In this document: positions 8,575 through 18,679 of the stretch, piece after piece
Position numbering within the stretch: the stretch's first letter is position 1
Layout of the letters: each line of letters begins with the position of its first letter
Source of the DNA: an uncultured Alphaproteobacteria bacterium
GTDB taxonomy: Bacteria > Pseudomonadota > Alphaproteobacteria > Paracaedibacterales > CAITNM01
Length of the DNA stretch: 64,000 nt
Direction of reading: 5' to 3'
Assembly (NCBI GenBank): GCA_903874955.1
Contig: CAIQTY010000037.1
Coordinates: 5,397-69,396 of the forward strand
The notes under the pieces: generated by a model
The model's input: only the letters and a program-made list of their open reading frames with translations
Database searches by the model: none
Told to the model about the DNA's origin: nothing
Made by a program: the position numbers and the translations under genes

Positions 8575-9912
8575 ATGGAAAACACAAGCGTAAATAATAA
8601 AAAAACGTATTCTGTAAAATTATTGCAGAATGCACTAAAGCTTACCGCTGTTAGTATAATTTTTATTGGGGATGGGTTTTGTTCTGCACCTAAATCAAAC
8701 TCCTATCTATCATCAGCGAGTAGCCTTTTATCATCAGCGAGCAATGCTGTATGGAATAATGCATTTATTCCTACACAAGAGAATCTTGATAAAAAAAATA
8801 TCATAGATCAAATAGTTCTAGGGACACAGATAAAACAAGTTGTAATTGATAAACTATGGAAATTAGATATAAAAAATCTTAAATTAATACAAAAGCTAGT
8901 TACAGGAATGAATTCTTCTGATGGAATAATATGGTGTGAGTTTTTTGCTAAAAAATCATTTGCTTATCTTAACAAATTAGCTTCACTTGTTAAAAATACG
9001 ACCCCTCAAGCTAAATCTAAGCTGTTAGATCAATCTAAGCTGCTAAATAAGTTTTACCTGGATGATGATTATCTTGAAACAATAGCTTTCCTTACTAAAA
9101 ATATGACCCATGAAGATAAATCTATACTGTTAGAAAAGTCTTCTTCTCTCGGTATGGATGCGCCTGATAAGAGACTTGAATTAATAAATAAATTTAATTT
9201 ATTAGTATCCAGGGGAGTTTTTCGTCCAGTTCTTTTCCTTGATAAGCCAGAGAGTGAAGTTAAATTTGTGGCTTCCATAGAGCATTTTGTTAAACCTGAA
9301 CATTTAAAAGAATTATCAAAAAATATTCGTTGGGTATTGGAAGAAACCAATGTAAATATTACAAAAGGTTATTATGAAGCAATAAATCCTCATAACCCTA
9401 ACATTACTGCATTAAGCAGAGTAGGTGATTTGAATACAAAAGATGAAAACTGGGTTGTTTGTTTAAAATTAGTTCCAATAGAAATTGTTGCATTGTTAGA
9501 AACAATAATTGCAAAATTAAATAAAAAATTAGAAGAAAAAATCATTGATGCAAATCAGTTAAAAGATGCTTTATATGCAATAAAGGTTTTGCTTATAGGT
9601 CATGTCAATAAAATTTATGAATTTGAAATTGATTGCGCTAAAATGGAGCTAGCAGCTAATGAGCCATTTAGAGAATTTAAACAACTACCAGTTTATAGAG
9701 GAAATGCAGAAACATATGATCAGTATAGAGTCGCTAAGAAAAATGCTCAGCAACAAATCCTAGCATGGCAAGAAAAACTCATACGTCATGAAAAAAAGTT
9801 GAATGCCGACGAAGAAAAATTCAGAAATAATCTCCAATCTATCAATAATATTATTGATAATGAACCGGAATTTTACAATAAGTTTATGAATTATATTGTT
9901 CCGTTGACTTGA
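8575..9912 (+). CDS. orphan protein, 445 aa, N-terminal hydrophobic anchor
   Basis: Long ORF in a very AT-rich stretch (16/60 G+C in line 8581-8640) with a hydrophobic segment LKLTAVSIIFIGDGF. I recognise no family. Confidence 0.6.
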   Translation: MENTSVNNKKTYSVKLLQNALKLTAVSIIFIGDGFCSAPKSNSYLSSASSLLSSASNAVWNNAFIPTQENLDKKNIIDQIVLGTQIKQVVIDKLWKLDIKNLKLIQKLVTGMNSSDGIIWCEFFAKKSFAYLNKLASLVKNTTPQAKSKLLDQSKLLNKFYLDDDYLETIAFLTKNMTHEDKSILLEKSSSLGMDAPDKRLELINKFNLLVSRGVFRPVLFLDKPESEVKFVASIEHFVKPEHLKELSKNIRWVLEETNVNITKGYYEAINPHNPNITALSRVGDLNTKDENWVVCLKLVPIEIVALLETIIAKLNKKLEEKIIDANQLKDALYAIKVLLIGHVNKIYEFEIDCAKMELAANEPFREFKQLPVYRGNAETYDQYRVAKKNAQQQILAWQEKLIRHEKKLNADEEKFRNNLQSINNIIDNEPEFYNKFMNYIVPLT

Positions 9913-9940
9913 TAACATAGCGTATGTCTCAACTAAAGCT

Positions 9941-9959
9941 CCTCCGACTAAGTCGGAGG
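9941..9959. terminator. bidirectional intrinsic terminator between convergent orphan genes
   Basis: CCTCCGAC-taa-GTCGGAGG is a perfect 8-bp GC-rich stem followed by AAGCTTTTATT. Confidence 0.6.
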
Positions 9960-9995
9960 AAGCTTTTATTGGGATAACGAAATTTATGAATCGTA

Positions 9996-10967
9996 CTATT
10001 GATCAGTCTTTGCCGTATTGACGGTGTTTGTAGACCTCTTTGAATCATCAGACGATATATGTGTAGTGCTGGTGCTTTTTAGTGACGCACTAGTTGGAGT
10101 AATTGAAACTGCCAAGGTTGCGAGCGGCGCCGACGATGCTGCTGGAGCTGATAATGAATTTGTAGCCGTACTTGCTTCTTTTGATGGATCAATAACTTTA
10201 AGGCGTCCGGTTTCTATTAATTTCTTTTTAATATGTTCCAGCTTTAACAAATCACTCAAGAAGCTATTTGTTTCGCCGCAAATTCTTCTAAATGTCATGT
10301 GAGTATGATAATATTCATGCTCTTTACGGATTTTCTGGTCAAGGGAATACACAATACCATTTTCTCCAACCGTAATCTCTGTAACCATTGGTTTTGGTGG
10401 TTGTTGTCCAAAAAAATTCATAAAAGGAAGATAATTAAGCCGCTTCAAAGAATAATTCACACCTCTCAATAGTAGTGAGTCATCCTGGTTGTCAAAGTCA
10501 AATATACAATGCCCCACAGCCCGTATAAGATCCTTTCTTTCTGAAATGAGCACTGATACGTTTGGATGCGTATCCTGTGCTCCGATTTGATCTAGTTTGG
10601 AATAAAAAGCAGACATGTTATTTAAAACGCTTTTTGCTTGCTTAATATAATCACTGGTATTTTTATAATCACTGATATCTTTAGTTATTGTTTGTGTGAT
10701 TTCAAATTTTATGATTGCGTCGTGGCCTGAAGCTGCTTTTCCTTGGGAAATATAATCGTATATTTCTTGAGCGCTAGAATTAAATTCCTTAAATAGGATC
10801 AGTTGCTTTAATGGTGTAAAGCAGTGCCGTATTACTTTTTTATCATCAGCTGCTAAATCCGAAGAAGTGCTTGATGAAGAACTTGCCGATGAAGCGTGAA
10901 CGAAGTTTACCAAAAAACATCCGACAACGCTGAATAGTAAAGCAATTTTTTTGAAATTTAGGCTCAT
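9996..10967 (-). CDS. orphan secreted protein, 323 aa, Ser-rich ends
   Basis: Signal-peptide-like MSLNFKKIALLFSVVGCFLVNFVHASSASSSSS and a C-terminal S/T/A-rich tail. I recognise no family. Confidence 0.6.
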   Translation of the reverse strand: MSLNFKKIALLFSVVGCFLVNFVHASSASSSSSTSSDLAADDKKVIRHCFTPLKQLILFKEFNSSAQEIYDYISQGKAASGHDAIIKFEITQTITKDISDYKNTSDYIKQAKSVLNNMSAFYSKLDQIGAQDTHPNVSVLISERKDLIRAVGHCIFDFDNQDDSLLLRGVNYSLKRLNYLPFMNFFGQQPPKPMVTEITVGENGIVYSLDQKIRKEHEYYHTHMTFRRICGETNSFLSDLLKLEHIKKKLIETGRLKVIDPSKEASTATNSLSAPAASSAPLATLAVSITPTSASLKSTSTTHISSDDSKRSTNTVNTAKTDQ

Positions 10968-11310
10968 AAGAATCCCCCTTACATTTAAAGTTAATTCACT
11001 GTAATTCTGCCAATTCAGTTAATGGTTTTGGGTTGTATATTTCTATAAAACGTCTTAATTCACGACGAGTTAACAGATGATAAAATTGTAGCAGCAATTA
11101 CGTTAATGCCAAGTAAAGAAGGTGGTGTATTAATAATAAATGTGAGAGTTTTTATTTCACTTTGATTTATTGTGGTCAATGCAAAAAATATTATTTGCTG
11201 ATTTGATAATAATATTTGACTGAAGATAGTGCGCCAATAGATAAACGGCTCTCAATCGCTGCTATAAAAGGGTTGCATTAATATTTTCTTTTGAAATTAT
11301 TCCATGCAAA

Positions 11311-11341
11311 CTAGATCCGTATTCTAAGGTAACGGATCTAG
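11311..11341 (-). terminator. 10-bp perfect hairpin downstream of the 531-aa orphan gene
   Basis: CTAGATCCGT-(11 nt)-ACGGATCTAG lies 41 nt after the stop at 11382. The trailing U-tract is weak (UUUGCAUGG). Confidence 0.3.
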
Positions 11342-11381
11342 CGCGCAAGGAACTTCAGATTTTTTTAGGGTGAGCGTTATC

Positions 11382-12962
11382 TTAGCTTGGTCCTGCTGGT
11401 ACTAAGATTTCGTAGTTTATTGGTACATATAAATTACTTAGATCTAGATTATATAACTCTATATGTGAAGTATACTTGAATGAATCAACTGAAAATTCAT
11501 ACATTTTTAATGGTATGCCTAATTTTTCTTTCAAATGTTTTGCGTAATGGTTGTCAAAAATGCTTGATTCATAAGCAATAAAAAGGCTTTTATTCTCTAG
11601 CGGTTTTTCAGCTTGTTCTAAGGCTGCTCTCATTCCTGGAGTAGACAATTTCTCTAGGTGAGTACCTAAAATTCTGTCGAATAGGCTTTGATGCCTATAT
11701 TTGACGCATTCAAGTAAGCTTCGATCAAATGCTGCATTCGTAGCATCTGCTTCCAACCTATCAAGGATTGCCTCTTTTTGATTCATATAAGCATGAACTA
11801 AACCATCATCTTTTGCTTTTTGGGAAGGCTTTGGATTGCTTGATCCAACAGTTAAAAGTGTTAAGTATTCTTGGTTCCCATGGGCAGCTGCGCAAACATA
11901 TAAGGCATCTATTAGATTTTGCGATGGCAGAGCCGCAAGCCTAGAAAACAAATTCAGGGCCTCTTTTACAATTTTCCATTGATTTTCCCTAGCTTTCTTT
12001 GCAGTGAATGCTTCTACAACGTTGATACTTGGTTTTTTTCCAGTGTTTGCTGATAGCATCTCCTCTGCTCGAACATAATTCCCCCTGTTTAAGGTTAGAT
12101 CTAAAGCGTAGTTTTTTGCCTCAACGGATGGTTTAGGCCAGGACGCACTTGCTAGCATTCTATCCATTAAGGTGTAATTATTGAGTTTTGCAGCTTGAGT
12201 GTACAATAAGATTACACTGGTTTGATCAGGTTGGAACTTTTCTAAAATTTTCATTTTCTCTTCAGTTTCTAGAAGTGAAGTTCCTCTTTTTTTTAAATCG
12301 GTTGTAAAAGCTACGATAAAGCTCTGTGCCAACCAATTTTTCTGCTGATGGCGCATTTGTCGATTGCCTTTTAAAAAAAGCTCAGTATGGTCTAACACAA
12401 ACTGTGCAAACTCTCCAAAACCATGACTATTACAATAGTTCAACAGTCCATCAGCAAAATTAGATTGCCAATCTCTATTGTTTTTTTCTCGCGACGAAAT
12501 AAACCAAATAAATGCTCCAAGATATCCTTTCCCGATGGTGCTTTCAAAATTTTTAAAATGTTGTTCTAGGAAGCTTTTTTTTCCAAATAAAGGAGTTGGA
12601 GTTCTAAAGGGGGTATCGCCGCTTCCAAAAAAATCTTCAAAAGTTTGTTTAGATGCCAGTAAAAATAACGTTCCTTGCCAACCCACTTTGCAAAGTAGGC
12701 TATGAACTAGTTTGCGCTTTTTGAACGTTTCTTTTTGTTCAGATTCATATTGTACGGGGCGTAAACTCTTAAATTCAGCAGGAGCTATTTTTTCTTTTAA
12801 TTTTTCATTGAGTTCAACAATATTTTTTTTAATGTCAGCACTATGTAATAATTGCAGGGCTATCTGTGCTTTTTTCCAGCTTTCCAGCTCGTCTAATGAA
12901 TCTGCTGAAAAAATTGCTGTACACCCGATCCATAGTATCATTATTGTTTTTAGTAGAGTCAT
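11382..12962 (-). CDS. orphan secreted protein with ankyrin-like 33-residue periodicity
   Basis: ATG at 12962 gives MTLLKTIMILWIGCTAIFSADS. (K/L)PS motifs sit at residues 283, 316, 351 and 384 (track numbering), each followed by helix-like segments. An example is PSQNLIDALYVCAAAHGNQEYLTLL, which resembles the ANK consensus. Confidence 0.6.
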   Translation of the reverse strand: MTLLKTIMILWIGCTAIFSADSLDELESWKKAQIALQLLHSADIKKNIVELNEKLKEKIAPAEFKSLRPVQYESEQKETFKKRKLVHSLLCKVGWQGTLFLLASKQTFEDFFGSGDTPFRTPTPLFGKKSFLEQHFKNFESTIGKGYLGAFIWFISSREKNNRDWQSNFADGLLNYCNSHGFGEFAQFVLDHTELFLKGNRQMRHQQKNWLAQSFIVAFTTDLKKRGTSLLETEEKMKILEKFQPDQTSVILLYTQAAKLNNYTLMDRMLASASWPKPSVEAKNYALDLTLNRGNYVRAEEMLSANTGKKPSINVVEAFTAKKARENQWKIVKEALNLFSRLAALPSQNLIDALYVCAAAHGNQEYLTLLTVGSSNPKPSQKAKDDGLVHAYMNQKEAILDRLEADATNAAFDRSLLECVKYRHQSLFDRILGTHLEKLSTPGMRAALEQAEKPLENKSLFIAYESSIFDNHYAKHLKEKLGIPLKMYEFSVDSFKYTSHIELYNLDLSNLYVPINYEILVPAGPS

Positions 12963-13164
12963 AGCACCTCTATTCAATTCTTTTTGATAGCAATATAATA
13001 TATAGTAATAAATATTTTAGTTACAATAAGCATTTTATATTTTTTACGATTTTTAAATTCTTAATGATGCGCTCAAATATATTATTTTTAATGACACATA
13101 GCATTAACTTCTTTTTCAAAAATTGTGTGCTACATTTACTCAGGATATACAAACAAAAATTTTT

Positions 13165-13974
13165 ATGCGCATTCTTTTTCTTGGTGATGTTTATGGCCGC
13201 AGCGGACGAGACGCGATAGCACGTCATCTTCCCTTTTTAAAACAAAAATATAAACCGGATTTTACGATTGTTAATGGCGAGAATGCCGCCCATGGTTTTG
13301 GATTATTGCCAGAAATGGCAAAGGATTTTTTTAGCCTTGGCGTTGATATTATTACCGGTGGTAATCATACCTTTGATAAAACAGAAATTATTGCCGCCAT
13401 GAGCCAAAGCCAAAATATTTTGCGCCCGATAAATTATCCTAAAAATGTTCCAGGAAAAGGCTTTGGGTTATATCCCTATCGGGGTAAAAATCTTTTAGTA
13501 ATTAATGTGATGGCCCGACTATTTATGGAGTCTTTTCTAGATTGTCCATTTATGGCGGTGGAAGAATTATTAAAACGCTATCCTTTAGGTGGTTCTATTG
13601 CAGGCATATTTATTGATATGCACGGGGAGACAACTTCTGAAAAAATGGCTTTAACCAAATATTTTGATGGTAAAGTTTCAGCGGTTATCGGGACACATAC
13701 TCATATGCCTACCGCCGATGCACATATCATGAAAGGTGGAACTGCTTATCAAAGTGATGCGGGAATGTGCGGAGATTATGATTCTGTTATCGGACTTCGT
13801 ACCGATACAGCAACAGCAACATTTTTGAAAAGGGTTCCTAAACCAAAACAACAAGAACCTGCGACTGGTGAGGGAACAGTTTGTGGTGTAATCATTGAGA
13901 TTGGTCAAAACGGCCATGCCGAATCCATTGATCCAATTAGGGTAGGGCCAATATTGAAAAATACTGGCCTATAA
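13165..13974 (+). CDS. YmdB-like (TIGR00282-type) metallophosphoesterase
   Basis: MRILFLGDVYGRSGR... NGENAAHGFG ... GGNHTFD ... HGETTSEK ... GTHTHMPTAD motifs. ATG at 13165 is preferred over the track start. Confidence 0.85.
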   Translation: MRILFLGDVYGRSGRDAIARHLPFLKQKYKPDFTIVNGENAAHGFGLLPEMAKDFFSLGVDIITGGNHTFDKTEIIAAMSQSQNILRPINYPKNVPGKGFGLYPYRGKNLLVINVMARLFMESFLDCPFMAVEELLKRYPLGGSIAGIFIDMHGETTSEKMALTKYFDGKVSAVIGTHTHMPTADAHIMKGGTAYQSDAGMCGDYDSVIGLRTDTATATFLKRVPKPKQQEPATGEGTVCGVIIEIGQNGHAESIDPIRVGPILKNTGL

Positions 13975-13976
13975 TT

Positions 13977-15269
13977 TTAGGCAAAGCGCCTACTAATAAA
14001 CTGGGTTGAATTCGCTGTTTTAAATAAAAAGGGATGACTAAAGAAGAGCATTGCAATTGCGATGTATGCATAGCGTGCTTCTGCAGCTCCTGCTATAAAA
14101 AATAGGGATAACACAAGACTAACGCCCATGATATTTTGGAAAAATAAGCTGACATATTTTGGATTCTTGTTAAAGTTTCTGTATCCTTTATATATATAAA
14201 TAAGCTGCCATAGGAAATATAGTGCATAAGCCATTAACCATTTGGCTATTGTAAAGATGCCTAATTTTTCAATCCAAGTGATTACCTTGGTAATTAAGGG
14301 CGTGCTTTCACCCTTAATATCACTCGGATGCTTGAGAAGCGATACGGTCAATTGTGATTTAAAAACTCCAAAACGGTGTTTCAGGTAGGAAGTGGGATAG
14401 TTAAATATTGCCTTGAGCCAAAATGAGTCTAATGCATCTAAATTATCTGGATTTTCTGTAACTGAAAGAGGGCTGTTATTCGTGTAAATTAAGTCATCAA
14501 GGCGATCAAAATTGTATAGCTTCTTTATTTTTTCGAAATTATAGTTTGGTGCTTGCTTTACATAATCTGGAAAAACTGGCTCATTGAGTTGTATGGATAT
14601 TCCGGCGAGATCGTATAATTTATGATGTTCTCCCCTATTTGAATGGGTGGCCATAGTTTTATTAAACCCTACGACGCCAAGGATGATTACGCAAAAAAGA
14701 ATTAGGCCGGCGAAGATCCAGTTTTTTGATTTGTCTGAAGAATAAAATTTAGCAAGCCAAAGGCACAGCCATGGAAGGGCTAAAGCGCCTTGATAAGTAG
14801 CACACGTCCCATAAAACGCAACGAACAACCATGTCAGCAGCGATAGCCATGATGGCGAGAGATCTTCACGCATACTATAAAAATGTAGCCAAGCAGCACA
14901 GAAAAGATAGGCATTTACAAACGAAATATCCTTAAGAACTAAAAGTTGATAAGCAAAAACAGGCGGCAACAGCGCTATTAAATATACCCACTTTGCTTTA
15001 TGGGGTTCTGCCATTGCAAACAAGGTTGTCGCTGACCAATATAACATTAAATGGAAGATAAACATCGGACCAGGACCGCCGAATACTCTCCCAAAAAGTC
15101 CCCACACAAATCCCATCATCGGGGGATGAAAATCGCTAAGAGTGCCAGCTACCCCTTGCTGCATTTGAATCATACTATCAGGGCGTAACAAGCCAGGCCA
15201 AAATAAAAAAGCACAAACAGAAAAAGCAATAAAAGGTATAAACTTAATGGTAAGTGATTGACGTTGCAA
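13977..15269 (-). CDS. polytopic integral membrane protein (possible GT-C-like glycosyltransferase, uncertain)
   Basis: 430-aa ORF with about 10 or more hydrophobic segments. I recognise no specific motif. Confidence 0.55.
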   Translation of the reverse strand: MQRQSLTIKFIPFIAFSVCAFLFWPGLLRPDSMIQMQQGVAGTLSDFHPPMMGFVWGLFGRVFGGPGPMFIFHLMLYWSATTLFAMAEPHKAKWVYLIALLPPVFAYQLLVLKDISFVNAYLFCAAWLHFYSMREDLSPSWLSLLTWLFVAFYGTCATYQGALALPWLCLWLAKFYSSDKSKNWIFAGLILFCVIILGVVGFNKTMATHSNRGEHHKLYDLAGISIQLNEPVFPDYVKQAPNYNFEKIKKLYNFDRLDDLIYTNNSPLSVTENPDNLDALDSFWLKAIFNYPTSYLKHRFGVFKSQLTVSLLKHPSDIKGESTPLITKVITWIEKLGIFTIAKWLMAYALYFLWQLIYIYKGYRNFNKNPKYVSLFFQNIMGVSLVLSLFFIAGAAEARYAYIAIAMLFFSHPFLFKTANSTQFISRRFA

Positions 15270-15390
15270 AATAGTAGACTCGCGGATTTTCTGTTCTATA
15301 GGTTATGGTCCTGTCCATTGAATGTCAAAAGATTTTAGCTGGGTAGAGTGATATCACTATTTTTAACAAGAAGCTTATCTATTTTATCGT

Positions 15391-16593
15391 TCAAGATTTT
15401 TGTATTTTTTTATAAAAAATGCCAAGCATTAAAAGTGCAACGAGGCTGATTAAGCCACTGGCGATAAAAGTGGCGAACTGGTTGAACTGATGCGCTACAA
15501 ATCCGCCTATTGCTCCTGCTAAAAATAATGCTAAAGAACTGATCAGATAGAAAAAACCGATTCCTGTTCCGCGCAAATCCTCAGGAACATTGTCGGCTAT
15601 AAGGCTTAGAAACATGCTTTGGCTCATGCCGATTTGTATACCCCATAGGGCTACACCAATCATCATAACGCTCAGATCTTTTGCAAATCCCAAAAAGCAA
15701 TCGGCCAGGATAAGAACGATAAAACTTAAGCATAAAAATCCATATCGACCAAAGCGATCAGATAAATACCCAACCGGATATGAGCATAGAGAATTCATTC
15801 CATTGTATAAAATCAAAATTGCATGGGAAAAACTTTGATCCATACCAAATGTGCCAGTTGCATGCAGCACAAGCACGGATTCACCAACTCTGGCACTCAT
15901 GAAGACAAGAACAATAGCCATGAGAATCCAATATGGTCTGCCAAGTCTTTTTAAATCGCTTAAATGAATCGGATGGCGGATAGGTTTTTTATCGGCAGTT
16001 ACTTCATCTTCATGCGGATCTTTTACAAAAAACACTACAATGGAGAGTCCAAGCAGGGCAGGAATACTTGCAAGCATGAAAACGGTTTGAAAATTTTGAT
16101 TGCTTGCAATCATGCACCAAATGCCTAAGAATCCTCCAATAAAAGAACCGCTAACCGCAAGACTTTGACGGAGTCCAAAACAGGCTCCTTTAGCGTCTTC
16201 TGGAGCAAGGTCTCCGACGAGTGCATCACGCGGGGTCGATTGTATGCCGTTTCCTAAACGATCCAACAACCTGGCAGATAGAACCGCACCAAAACTTGAA
16301 AACAGGGCAAGCAAAGGTCTGGCAAGAACTGTTAATGCAAATCCCCAAACAATAATTGATTTTCGTCGTCTTAAATAATCGCTGGCAACCCCTGAAAATA
16401 ACTTTACTAAATAGGCCATAGCCTCAAAAAAGCCTTCAATTAACAAGACAACACCGGTAGCAACACCTAAAATTTGCTTTAGATATAAAGCCGCTATTCC
16501 AAAAACCATTACAGTTGAAATATTTAAAAGCATGCTTGCCAATCCAATTGCCCATATCGACAATGGAATTTTGTGTTTAATCTTCATCATCAT
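15391..16593 (-). CDS. MFS transporter
   Basis: 400 aa with ~12 TM segments and the MFS loop motif GVASDYLRRRKS / LSDRFGRYG between TM2-3 and TM8-9. Confidence 0.8.
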   Translation of the reverse strand: MMMKIKHKIPLSIWAIGLASMLLNISTVMVFGIAALYLKQILGVATGVVLLIEGFFEAMAYLVKLFSGVASDYLRRRKSIIVWGFALTVLARPLLALFSSFGAVLSARLLDRLGNGIQSTPRDALVGDLAPEDAKGACFGLRQSLAVSGSFIGGFLGIWCMIASNQNFQTVFMLASIPALLGLSIVVFFVKDPHEDEVTADKKPIRHPIHLSDLKRLGRPYWILMAIVLVFMSARVGESVLVLHATGTFGMDQSFSHAILILYNGMNSLCSYPVGYLSDRFGRYGFLCLSFIVLILADCFLGFAKDLSVMMIGVALWGIQIGMSQSMFLSLIADNVPEDLRGTGIGFFYLISSLALFLAGAIGGFVAHQFNQFATFIASGLISLVALLMLGIFYKKIQKS

Positions 16594-16668
16594 AATTGCT
16601 AATAAAAGAGAAATATGGCCAAATGGTTGAAGACTAAGTAACTTATCAGATTCTTAAGTGGAGCGCAA

Positions 16669-17448
16669 ATGAACAATGCAAAAACAGCTTTGGTCACAGG
16701 ATCATCAAGCGGTATAGGTTATGGTATTGCAAAAATACTTCTTAAAAATGGTTATCAAGTAGTGATTCATGGGGTGGAATCTCAAGAGCAAGCTGCGCCA
16801 ATGCTTAAAGATTTGTTTTCCATCGGGAATGTTCTTGGGTATTACAGTGTTGATGTCAGTAATGCGCCATCGATTGAGCAATTTTATAGTGATCTTCAAT
16901 CAGCAAATATAACCATCGATATTCTGGTGAACAATGCAGGTATACAGTATGTCGCTCCTATCCAAGAATTTCCTATCCAGAAATGGGACCAAATCTTAGC
17001 AATAAATTTATCATCAGCGTTTCATTTTACTCGCTTACTGTTGCCTGCAATGCAGAAACAAAAGTGGGGGAGAATTATTAATATCGCCTCAGCACATGGG
17101 GTGGTTGCATCGGTAAATAAAGCAGCCTATGTTGCCAGTAAACATGGTATAGTTGGGCTAACAAAAGTTGCTGCACTTGAAAATGCTCAAAATGGCATTA
17201 CCTGTAATGCCATTTGTCCTGGGTGGGTTCTAACTCCGCTGGTTGAGGCGCAAATTGAAAAGCGTGCATCTGAGCAGGAAATCAGTATTGATCAAGCTAG
17301 ATCAAACCTGCTACTAGAAAAGCAGCCTACAGGGCAGTTTGCAACAGCTGATGAAATTGGTGAATATGTTGCGTTTTTATGTACTGACAGCGCTGCACAA
17401 ATAAATGGGGCTTCCTTGACCATTGATGGGGGTTGGACAGCTCAATAG
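16669..17448 (+). CDS. bdhA: 3-hydroxybutyrate dehydrogenase (SDR)
   Basis: TGSSSGIGYGIA, NNAG and YVASKHG motifs. The C-terminus ASLTIDGGWTAQ is typical of BdhA. Confidence 0.75.
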   Translation: MNNAKTALVTGSSSGIGYGIAKILLKNGYQVVIHGVESQEQAAPMLKDLFSIGNVLGYYSVDVSNAPSIEQFYSDLQSANITIDILVNNAGIQYVAPIQEFPIQKWDQILAINLSSAFHFTRLLLPAMQKQKWGRIINIASAHGVVASVNKAAYVASKHGIVGLTKVAALENAQNGITCNAICPGWVLTPLVEAQIEKRASEQEISIDQARSNLLLEKQPTGQFATADEIGEYVAFLCTDSAAQINGASLTIDGGWTAQ

Positions 17449-17461
17449 GAAAGCGAATGGC

Positions 17462-18667
17462 ATGACTTTTGATCTACTATTTTGGCTGCTTGTTGCGGCA
17501 ACGGTTTGCCTTGCGGGATTGTGTTATCAATTATTTAATCAAAAGCAGATTTTACTTCTTAAAAATACGCAACTTCAAGCACAGATTCAAAACGAGAGCC
17601 AAGTCCAGCAAATGTGGCAGCAGCAAATTGAACGGCTGACCCAGCAGGCTCTTATCAACCAATCTAATCAATTCTTAGGACTTGCTAAAGCGCAATTCGA
17701 TGGGGTGATGGAAAAAGCCAATTTAACCTTTGAGCAGCGTCAACAGCAGTTCCAACATTTACTAGAGCCAATTTCGAAGTCTTTAGAACAAGTTAACGCC
17801 CAGGTTCAAACAGCAGAAAAACAGCGGATAGATGCTTTCGCAGATTTGCGCCGGCAGCTTACTGACATTGTAGTTTCTCAAAAAGATTTGCGCCAAGAGA
17901 CAGCAACACTCGTAAAAGCGCTTCGCACGCCACATGCCAGGGGTCAGTGGGGAGAAATGCAGCTTAAAAGAGTCATTGAAATGGCGGGAATGGTTGACCA
18001 TGTTGACTTTCTTGAGCAAGCTTTATCCGCCGATGGTAAGCTCCGTCCGGATATGATCGTGCGTTTGCCTGCAGGAAAAACAATTATAATCGATGCAAAA
18101 ACCCCGCTTGCAGCTTACCTTGATTATCTAGAAGCAACTGATGATGGAGTTAAAGCCCAAAAGCTTCAAGACCACGCTCGCCATGTACGCACGCACATCC
18201 GCCAGCTTTCTCAAAAAAGTTATTTTGAGCAATTTGAGAATAGCCCAGAATTTGTTGTGTTATTTATTCCTAACGAGGCTATGTTTAGCGCTGCCTTGCA
18301 AGCTGATCCTGGATTGATAGAGGCCGGTGTGAACGAGAAAGTCCTTATGGCCACGCCAACAACGTTAATCGCTTTGTTACGTGCTGTTGCTTATGGTTGG
18401 CGCCAGGAAAACATTGCCGAAAATGCAAAAGCAATTTCGGTTTTAGGTCAGGAACTTTACAAACGTTTGGGGGATATGTCAGGGCACATGGAACGCATGG
18501 GCAAAGGGCTTAGTACGGCCGTGGATGCTTATAATAGTACCGTAGGTTCTTTTGAGCAGAGAGTATTGGTGAGCGCAAGGCGTTTTCAAGAACTCGACCC
18601 TAATCCTCATACCCTGGAGGAACCGAGCGTAATTGAAATTCCGCTTAGATCATTAAAGTCAACTTAA
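17462..18667 (+). CDS. rmuC: DNA recombination protein RmuC
   Basis: N-terminal TM, then a Q-rich coiled coil, then the RmuC core (RGQWGEMQLKRVIEMAGM...VRLPAGKTIIIDAKTPL...EFVVLFIPNEAMF). Confidence 0.85.
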   Translation: MTFDLLFWLLVAATVCLAGLCYQLFNQKQILLLKNTQLQAQIQNESQVQQMWQQQIERLTQQALINQSNQFLGLAKAQFDGVMEKANLTFEQRQQQFQHLLEPISKSLEQVNAQVQTAEKQRIDAFADLRRQLTDIVVSQKDLRQETATLVKALRTPHARGQWGEMQLKRVIEMAGMVDHVDFLEQALSADGKLRPDMIVRLPAGKTIIIDAKTPLAAYLDYLEATDDGVKAQKLQDHARHVRTHIRQLSQKSYFEQFENSPEFVVLFIPNEAMFSAALQADPGLIEAGVNEKVLMATPTTLIALLRAVAYGWRQENIAENAKAISVLGQELYKRLGDMSGHMERMGKGLSTAVDAYNSTVGSFEQRVLVSARRFQELDPNPHTLEEPSVIEIPLRSLKST

Positions 18668-18679
18668 AGAGAGATCAAC

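Noticed and set aside
11058-11165. Short frame IHDELTDDKIVAAITLMPSKEGGVLIINVRVFISL resembling the beta-strand region of a GNAT acetyltransferase
   Set aside because: It is only ~35 codons with no start and no acetyl-CoA-binding motif. At best it is a gene remnant, which cannot be supported without a database search.
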